From Planctomycetota bacterium (GTDB lineage: Bacteria; Planctomycetota; UBA8742; UBA2392), in the NCBI GenBank assembly GCA_020849795.1, contig JADZFR010000007.1, positions 16,184-80,183 of the forward strand: a DNA stretch of 64,000 nucleotides, written 5' to 3'. Below are positions 58,161 to 64,000 of the stretch, in pieces. Position 1 is the first letter of the stretch, and each line of letters begins with the position of its first letter. The notes below the pieces were generated by a model. The model made no database searches. It was given only the letters and a program-made list of their open reading frames with translations, and was not told the DNA's origin. Both the position numbers and the translations under genes were made by a program.

Positions 58161-58599
58161 TGCAACACCCGCCGTTGAAGGCGTATCGCTGAAAGGTTTG
58201 AGGGTGAGCCCCGCGGCATGATAGCAGCGCAGGGCGGCCGCAAGGTAGGTGGCACTTTTGCGGCCTTACAATCGGCGTGACGCCCTGTAATCGCGAACGC
58301 ACGGCGACGTGCGTTAATGAATGTGTCGGGAGAAGGCAAACCCGACCCCGCGGCAAGCCGCGCCGGACCGACCCGCCCCCTGCCACGGTCCCCCACCGTG
58401 AAGGCGGCAACCCCGGCCGGACTGCAAGCGGGCACCCACGGGCGCAACGGAAACTTCCCGCGCGCCCGCCTGCCTTTTGGGTTGCCGGTACAGGATTGCA
58501 GAAGCGGGCTTTCCAAGCCGCAACCAGCGCGGATCGCCTGCTGAATCCGCGAAACTGGTTGCCGCGCTCCGGCCGATGGCCGACCTTGGGCGTTACACT

Positions 58600-59955
58600 A
58601 TGTGGATGAGCAAACCCGACGAAACAATCATTCGAGTCCTCGCCGACGCCACGCGCGACCGGCCGTCCCGCCGCCGCTCGCTGCTGATCACTTTGCCGCT
58701 GGGTGTTCTCCTGCTGCTTGTGCTCGCCGTCCTGGCAGTTGAAGGCTGGCGCCAGAGCCGCATCAACGCGGCCGAAGAACGCGCGATGCAGGCCATGGCC
58801 GCCATTCGCGCGGACTACGCCAACGTCGGCGACTGGCCCGGCTGGTACAAAAGCCGCGTCAAGGGAACACGCGGCGATGCCGAGTTTCGGGCCTGGGTCG
58901 AGCGCGCCAATGCGCGCCACAGCGATACGGACCTGTCGGAGGTACTCAGCGGCCTTGAGCATCGCCTGCTGGGCGAGTCACCGGAGGGCACGCCTCTCAC
59001 AGACGACGAACTGCGCCGGTTCATTGCTGCCGCGGCAACCACAGCCGCCGAGCTTGACGAAGTTGTTGTGTACGACGGCGTTACCGGCATCCCGCCGTTC
59101 GAGAACGGCTTGCCCGCCATCGATGTGTTGCAGCAGATCACCGCCATCAAGGCAATGTGTGCGCGGTGCCTGGCGTTGGCTTGCCAGGGCCAGCTCGACG
59201 CCGCCTGGCGCGACATCGAGCGACTGTTCAAACTTGCCCAGCGCGTGCAGGACGCCTGCACGTTGATTGAGTTCATGGTCAACATCGCGATTGAGTCGTT
59301 GGTACATCAGACCTTTCAGCAGGTGTGCGCGGTCAGTGCACCGCCCGAATCTCTCGGTGCTTACTTTCCCTGGCCCGACGCGCCGGACCGGCTGACCGAG
59401 ATCGCCGAACTTGAGGCCGTTTTCTCGGCGCAGGTGATGCCCGGTGCAGACGATCTGGCCGAGTACGTCGGCGACGGCCATTCGCGCGGCTGGTTCCGGT
59501 GGTTTGACCCAACTGAGTCGCCAACCAACTGGCCCGACGAGTTCACGCGCGAAGCCACGGCCTTGGATGAGGTCGCCACCTATCTGCAGGCGGTACGCGA
59601 GCTTGCAGGCATGCAGCGCGGCAACAGCGGCACGCCCCCCGTGGCTCATGACTGGGCGCGCAACATACTCAGCAAGTCGGCGGCGGGTCGCGCACGCGTG
59701 ACCGCGGCGCGGCGAGGCTCGAACCTGGCCTGGGACTTCCGCACAGCCGAACGCCAAGGCACGCCGCTCGCCGCTTGCCAGCCCTCGAAACTCCTTTACA
59801 GCGTGCGCCGCATCGAGACATTGAACGACGGCGCCGTGGTCTGGACATGGGACCTGCCGCAAGCCGACAAAGTGCGCATCGCGGGGCCGTACGCCACGCT
59901 GGACGACCTGTTCAGCGAGACACCGGTGCTGAAGTTGTTTCCGCTGGATCGATAA
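58600..59955 (+). CDS. Hypothetical protein with N-terminal membrane anchor
   Basis: Single TM helix (LLITLPLGVLLLLVLAVLAV), then ~400 aa of soluble domain. Start at ATG 58600 or 58606. Confidence 0.5.
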   Translation: MWMSKPDETIIRVLADATRDRPSRRRSLLITLPLGVLLLLVLAVLAVEGWRQSRINAAEERAMQAMAAIRADYANVGDWPGWYKSRVKGTRGDAEFRAWVERANARHSDTDLSEVLSGLEHRLLGESPEGTPLTDDELRRFIAAAATTAAELDEVVVYDGVTGIPPFENGLPAIDVLQQITAIKAMCARCLALACQGQLDAAWRDIERLFKLAQRVQDACTLIEFMVNIAIESLVHQTFQQVCAVSAPPESLGAYFPWPDAPDRLTEIAELEAVFSAQVMPGADDLAEYVGDGHSRGWFRWFDPTESPTNWPDEFTREATALDEVATYLQAVRELAGMQRGNSGTPPVAHDWARNILSKSAAGRARVTAARRGSNLAWDFRTAERQGTPLAACQPSKLLYSVRRIETLNDGAVVWTWDLPQADKVRIAGPYATLDDLFSETPVLKLFPLDR

Positions 59956-59972
59956 CGCCCTGTTCGGCAATC

Positions 59973-60752
59973 TCACAGCGCAGCAGCGATGGCAACCAGT
60001 GCTTCGCCGGCTTTGGCTTTGAGGTGATAGTCCACATAGCCTGAAATCTCGGTTTCTTCGGGGTTGATCTCTATGGTCAGCCTGCCTTGCTGGGCGGCGA
60101 TCAGCACCGGCTGCACGATGTACGGAAACATGTTGCTGGTACCGACGCTGATCACTGCGTCGGGGACGCGGTGATAGAATTCGTCGTGCAGCCGCTGCAC
60201 TTTGTCCTCGGGCAGCATTTCGCCAAAGAAAACGACATCGGGCCGGATCGTGCCGCCGCAATCACAACGCGGCGCTTTGCCGGTGGCGACAATCGTCTGG
60301 ATGCACGGCTCATGATCAGCCTGGCGGTTCAGCGCGCCGCGCCAGCCGCATTTCATGCACAGCAGCTTGAACGTGTCGCCGTGGATGTCGATCAGGTTGC
60401 GCGTGCCGGCCGCGGCGTGAAAGCCATCGACATTCTGGGTCAGCAGCACGAAGCGCTCCACTTTGCGCTCGATTGCGACCAGCGCGTGGTGTGCGGCGTT
60501 GGGTTGGGCGCCGCTGGCCGCCCCGGCGATCCTGGCGATGGCCTGCCAGGCTCGGTCCGGGTCGGTGCGGAGTGTGGGCGCGCTCAGGGCCTCGATCGTG
60601 CGGTCGCCTTGCTCGGGGTCGTCGTAGATGCCGCCCTTGCCACGGTACGTGGGAATGCCGCTTTCGGCCGAGATGCCGGCCCCGGTAATCACGCCAAAGC
60701 TGCGCGCGGCGTGCAACCGAACGACCAGGTCTGCCGGCAGCTCAAAACCCAT
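59973..60752 (-). CDS. cobB: NAD-dependent protein deacylase, Sir2/CobB family
   Basis: GAGISAESGIPTYRG motif, QNVDGFH catalytic motif, Zn ribbon CMKC...CDCGG. Confidence 0.85.
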   Translation of the reverse strand: MGFELPADLVVRLHAARSFGVITGAGISAESGIPTYRGKGGIYDDPEQGDRTIEALSAPTLRTDPDRAWQAIARIAGAASGAQPNAAHHALVAIERKVERFVLLTQNVDGFHAAAGTRNLIDIHGDTFKLLCMKCGWRGALNRQADHEPCIQTIVATGKAPRCDCGGTIRPDVVFFGEMLPEDKVQRLHDEFYHRVPDAVISVGTSNMFPYIVQPVLIAAQQGRLTIEINPEETEISGYVDYHLKAKAGEALVAIAAAL

Positions 60753-60784
60753 GGGAAACCTCGCGCGGAATTGTAGGCGAGCCT

Positions 60785-61543
60785 ATGCTGGCTTGCCCTC
60801 ACAATCTCTATATGGACGTGCGCTTGTTTCAGCGTTCCCAGAGTTCCAGCCGTCGCCACAAGCCATCGGCCCACGCGGTCAAGGATTGGCTGGATGACAC
60901 GTGCCGTGCTGACGCGGTGCACCAGTTGATTGCGCTGGGTTTCAGCATTCTGTTCGTGCCGGTCGTGCAGGCGCTGGCGGTGGTGGTCGCGTACTATGCG
61001 CTGTGGGTGCTGCTGGGCGCCGATACGAAGCTGCTGATCGACAACCTGTGGATCATTATCGCCGCGGTCATTGCCGGCGACATCGTGTACTTCGGCGTTG
61101 GCCGCGACAGGCTTCATCGTGTGCCGATCAGCGGCGGCGTTGTGCGCTGGCGCGACAAGCGACTGGCGGCCGGGCCTGAAGCACCAGAGGCCGCGCAGTT
61201 TTCCGTGTTCTTTCGCAACGAGTTCCTGAAGCTTCTGCTGTTCCCCGGCTGGGTGATGGATGTTGCGATCATGTCCGGGTTCTGGTGGTGGCGCATGCGC
61301 ACCGCGAACACCGAGTTGATGGCCCGCATCCTGGTGCATGTGGCGCAGCAAGACCGGCGCGTGAGCTTTGACGCGCTGGAACAGGCATTCCCGCCGGACG
61401 GACTGGCAAGGGCCCTGACCACACTGCGGCACATCCGCGGCGTGCTGCTGTTTGACAAGCCTGTGCCCGCGATTGCGCTGAACATCGACCTGACGCAACA
61501 AGTGCGTGAACTGGCGGACATTCCGGCCGATGCGAGACCCTGA
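60785..61543 (+). CDS. Hypothetical membrane protein
   Basis: 2-3 TM helices. Start may instead be the ATG at 60812. Confidence 0.45.
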   Translation: MLACPHNLYMDVRLFQRSQSSSRRHKPSAHAVKDWLDDTCRADAVHQLIALGFSILFVPVVQALAVVVAYYALWVLLGADTKLLIDNLWIIIAAVIAGDIVYFGVGRDRLHRVPISGGVVRWRDKRLAAGPEAPEAAQFSVFFRNEFLKLLLFPGWVMDVAIMSGFWWWRMRTANTELMARILVHVAQQDRRVSFDALEQAFPPDGLARALTTLRHIRGVLLFDKPVPAIALNIDLTQQVRELADIPADARP

Positions 61544-61566
61544 ATGGCCTGCTAAACGGATTCGCG

Positions 61567-62592
61567 ATGCGGACACCCCGACGGCGCCTGATTGCATGGA
61601 TGATCTACCTGCGCAAACCGACGCGGCAGTTTCTGCCGTTGTTCGGGTTTGCCATGCTGGTCGTGCTGCTGGGCGGTGTCGCTTTCTACACGCTGCACGA
61701 CCGGCCGATGCCGTTTTCGCAGGCCCTGTGGGTCACGTTCGCGCTGCTGACCGGCGAGCCCACTCTGGATCAATGGCCAAGCCACTGGCTGCTGGAGGTG
61801 CTGCATTACCTGCTGCCGCTGCTGGGGCTGGTGGTAGTGCTGGACGGCCTGGTTCGGTTTTCATACTACGCGCTGCGGCGCGACGAAATGTCCCCTGAAT
61901 GGGTGCGCGCCATGACGCTGACGTTCAAGAACCACGTAATTCTGTTCGGCCTGGGCAAGGTGGGCTTTCGTGTGTTGCAGCAGCTCGTTGAGCTGAAGCA
62001 GCAGGTGGTGGTGATTGAAAAAGACCCCCTGTGCCCCAACTTCGCGTACGCCAAGCACCATGGCATCCCGGTGCGTGTCGGCACCCATCGCGAAGAAGGC
62101 GTGCTGGACGATGCGAACGTCAAATCCGCCAAGAGCATCATCTGCTGCACCGACGATGACCTGGCCAACCTTGAACTTGCCATCGACGCGCGCAAAGAGT
62201 GCCCGGAGATCCGCGTCGTACTGCGCATGTACGACCAGGAACTTGCCGAGAAAATTCGCCACTCCATGGGCATGGACCTCGCCTTCAGCACAGCCGCGCT
62301 GGCTGCCCCGGTCTTCGCCACCGCAAGCGCCGACCCCAGCATCATCAACGCGTTCTTCGTGGATGAGCGCCTGCTTGTGATCGCGCGCCTGACGGCCCGG
62401 GCCGGGACCCAGTTGTGCGGCAAAACCGTGGGCGACCTTGTGCGAACGTATCAGATGGTCGTGGTGTCTTACCGGCGGCGGGAAGGCACCGTGTTTCACC
62501 CGCCCATGGACGTTGTCATTGAGCCCGCGGACATCCTGACGATCGAGTGCGACCCCCGAACACTCAACGAGATCCACGCCCTGAACCATTAA
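61567..62592 (+). CDS. Two-TM channel-like protein with RCK/TrkA-N domain
   Basis: Two N-terminal TM helices. Rossmann GLGKVGFRVLQQL characteristic of the RCK domain. No TVGYG filter. Confidence 0.65.
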   Translation: MRTPRRRLIAWMIYLRKPTRQFLPLFGFAMLVVLLGGVAFYTLHDRPMPFSQALWVTFALLTGEPTLDQWPSHWLLEVLHYLLPLLGLVVVLDGLVRFSYYALRRDEMSPEWVRAMTLTFKNHVILFGLGKVGFRVLQQLVELKQQVVVIEKDPLCPNFAYAKHHGIPVRVGTHREEGVLDDANVKSAKSIICCTDDDLANLELAIDARKECPEIRVVLRMYDQELAEKIRHSMGMDLAFSTAALAAPVFATASADPSIINAFFVDERLLVIARLTARAGTQLCGKTVGDLVRTYQMVVVSYRRREGTVFHPPMDVVIEPADILTIECDPRTLNEIHALNH

Positions 62593-62631
62593 CCCAAGAC
62601 CTGCCGACAGACATTCGTATCCTGTGGACTG

Positions 62632-64000
62632 ATGGCTGAAACCGGCTCCGAGCTCAAGCGCGCCCAAAGCGTGCAGATGATGATGCTGCCCGATGCGCCA
62701 CAGGTGTCGGGCGTCGAGCTTGCGTGCAGCTACCGCGCGTGCGACATGCTGGGCGGCGACTTCTACGACTTCATTTACATCGACGCCTGGCGCCTTGGCA
62801 TCGTGATCGCCGACGTCTCGGGCCACGGCACCGCAGCAGCGCTGGTCATGGCCGGCGCCAAGAAGGCCCTTCAGATCTATGGCCGCGACACCTCGCCCCG
62901 CGCAGCCATGCTTGCCGTCAATGAAAGCCTGCGCGGCGACATTCCGCGCGGCATGTTCCTGTCGGCGATCTATGGGGTGTTTGACATCCGTACGCAGGCC
63001 CTGACGTTCGTGAGTTGCGGCCACAACCCGCCGCTGTTGCTGCGCGCCGGCCAGCTCAAGAGCACTTGGGGGCAGGGCAACGCGCCGGTGCTCGGGATTC
63101 TGCCGTCGTCCGAGATGCAGAAGCACATCAGGGAAGTCCAGGTGCAGCTCCAGCCCGAAGATGTCTTGCTGCTCTACACCGACGGCATCACCGAGGCCTT
63201 TGACAGCCAGCGCGGCATGTACGGCGAAGACCGCCTGCTGGCCCGACTTCACGGGCAGGTGAATACGCCCGCCGCGCAACTGCTGAAGCTGATCCAGGCC
63301 GACGTCGATGCGTTCCGCGCCGGCGCCATCATCTCCGACGACGAAACCATGCTGGCCCTGCGCGTGCAGGAAAAGCCGCGCGACCCCGTGCCGCTGCGCG
63401 CACTCAGTGGCGGGACCGAGGGCCTTCCACAGTTCACCACCGAACTCGTCGGGCGCTCGCGAGACCTGGCCGAAACCACACGCCTGCTGCGCCAGAAGGA
63501 CGCAACCGTCATCACGCTGATCGGCCCCGCCGGCGTCGGCAAAACCCGCGTCGCCGCCGAGGCCGCCCGCAGCCGTGCCGCTGATTTTCCTGGCGGCGTC
63601 TTCTTCATCGACCTGCAAAGCGCGACCGGCGTGGGCGAGGTTTGCCGGCTGGTCGGTGCAACCCTGAAACTAAGCGACGATGACGCGAACCTGGGCATGC
63701 GCATCGCCAACGCTCTGCAGAGCCGCGCCAGCGCCGGCGGCCCGGTACTCGTGATTCTGGACAACTGTGAAGGTGCCGGCACGGCAGCGGCATTGTGCAT
63801 CAAGGAGTGGCGCCAGCGCGTACCCGATTTGAAGGTGCTTTGCACCAGCCGCGTCGCCTTGGGCGCGCCGGGTGAAGTCTCGCTCACGATCAAGCCTTTG
63901 GCGCTGCCGCGCATGCACACCGGCGGCAAAGAGTCGCAACTTTTGCCCGCGATTACCGAGGCGCCGGCGGTCGTGCTGTTCACGCGGCGGGCACAACAGA
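62632..64000 (+). CDS. PP2C/SpoIIE-type Ser/Thr phosphatase fused to STAND-type P-loop NTPase (partial, continues beyond window)
   Basis: PP2C motifs DVSGHGTAAALVMA and LLYTDGITEA, then GPAGVGKTRVA Walker A. No stop codon before the window end. Confidence 0.7.
   Translation, partial: MAETGSELKRAQSVQMMMLPDAPQVSGVELACSYRACDMLGGDFYDFIYIDAWRLGIVIADVSGHGTAAALVMAGAKKALQIYGRDTSPRAAMLAVNESLRGDIPRGMFLSAIYGVFDIRTQALTFVSCGHNPPLLLRAGQLKSTWGQGNAPVLGILPSSEMQKHIREVQVQLQPEDVLLLYTDGITEAFDSQRGMYGEDRLLARLHGQVNTPAAQLLKLIQADVDAFRAGAIISDDETMLALRVQEKPRDPVPLRALSGGTEGLPQFTTELVGRSRDLAETTRLLRQKDATVITLIGPAGVGKTRVAAEAARSRAADFPGGVFFIDLQSATGVGEVCRLVGATLKLSDDDANLGMRIANALQSRASAGGPVLVILDNCEGAGTAAALCIKEWRQRVPDLKVLCTSRVALGAPGEVSLTIKPLALPRMHTGGKESQLLPAITEAPAVVLFTRRAQQ

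Noticed and set aside
58051-58962. 303-aa ORF on the minus strand spanning the channel/hypothetical intergenic region.
   Set aside because: Translation is Arg/Gly/Ala-rich junk. It overlaps the start of the plus-strand gene and the long intergenic region.
59973-60752. SIR2-domain protein as part of a Thoeris/DSR/SIR2-HerA antiphage system.
   Set aside because: A canonical 259-aa CobB-type sirtuin with intact Zn ribbon and catalytic His. No TIR, SLOG, HerA or pAgo partner nearby. Housekeeping deacylase.
1-64000. CRISPR arrays, rRNA genes, insertion sequences, integrases.
   Set aside because: No regularly spaced direct repeats, no rRNA-like conserved stretches, and no transposase or integrase-like ORFs found on either strand.

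Overview
High-GC (~65-68%) chromosomal segment from a diderm bacterium. The lineage cannot be assigned from sequence alone. Lipid A genes lpxK/lpxL and many lipoprotein lipoboxes are present. About 60 protein genes, one tRNA-Asn(GUU), no rRNA, no CRISPR, and no transposase or integrase. Gene order from start to end of the window:
- phnDCE phosphonate ABC transporter, with a fused double PhnE permease.
- An F-type ATP synthase operon atpZ-atpI-atpB-atpE-atpF-atpH-[lipoprotein]-atpA that stops after alpha; no atpG/atpD/atpC in this window.
- A TPR protein, lpxL-family acyltransferase and lpxK, lipoproteins, comEC, accA, ubiE, rpsI, rplM.
- A Fur-family regulator divergent from a tandem pair of TlpA/thioredoxin-like secreted paralogs.
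- A degenerate alpha/beta hydrolase with an EF-hand pair, a ChlI-like AAA+ ATPase, and a Cys-rich lipoprotein.
- An HcrCAB-like xanthine-dehydrogenase-family molybdoenzyme whose FAD subunit carries a Cys4 insertion.
- rsmA, pntAA-pntAB-pntB, tRNA-Asn, cls, an ECF sigma factor, an ABC exporter, csp, gspE/pilB.
- A ~2.7 kb lower-GC islet carrying a GmrSD-type (DUF262/DUF1524) type IV restriction enzyme.
- A NaChBac-family voltage-gated channel with an acidic LEDWTD filter, a sirtuin, an RCK-domain channel, and a PP2C phosphatase fused to a P-loop NTPase that runs off the window end.

The most notable finding is that the first TlpA-like paralog has an in-frame TGA exactly at the first Cys of the thioredoxin WCGPC motif (reads W-G-K-N-U-G-P-C). 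The tandem paralog has TGT (Cys) at the same position. A GC hairpin with a G/U-containing loop begins 11 nt after the TGA, with SECIS-like geometry. I interpret this as a candidate selenocysteine-containing thiol:disulfide oxidoreductase; the alternative is a recent nonsense pseudogene. No sel genes are present in the window to confirm it.

Other points of interest are a 28-bp duplication of the tRNA-Asn 3' end flanking a 127-bp highly structured segment, the GmrSD islet, and several unusual domain architectures.
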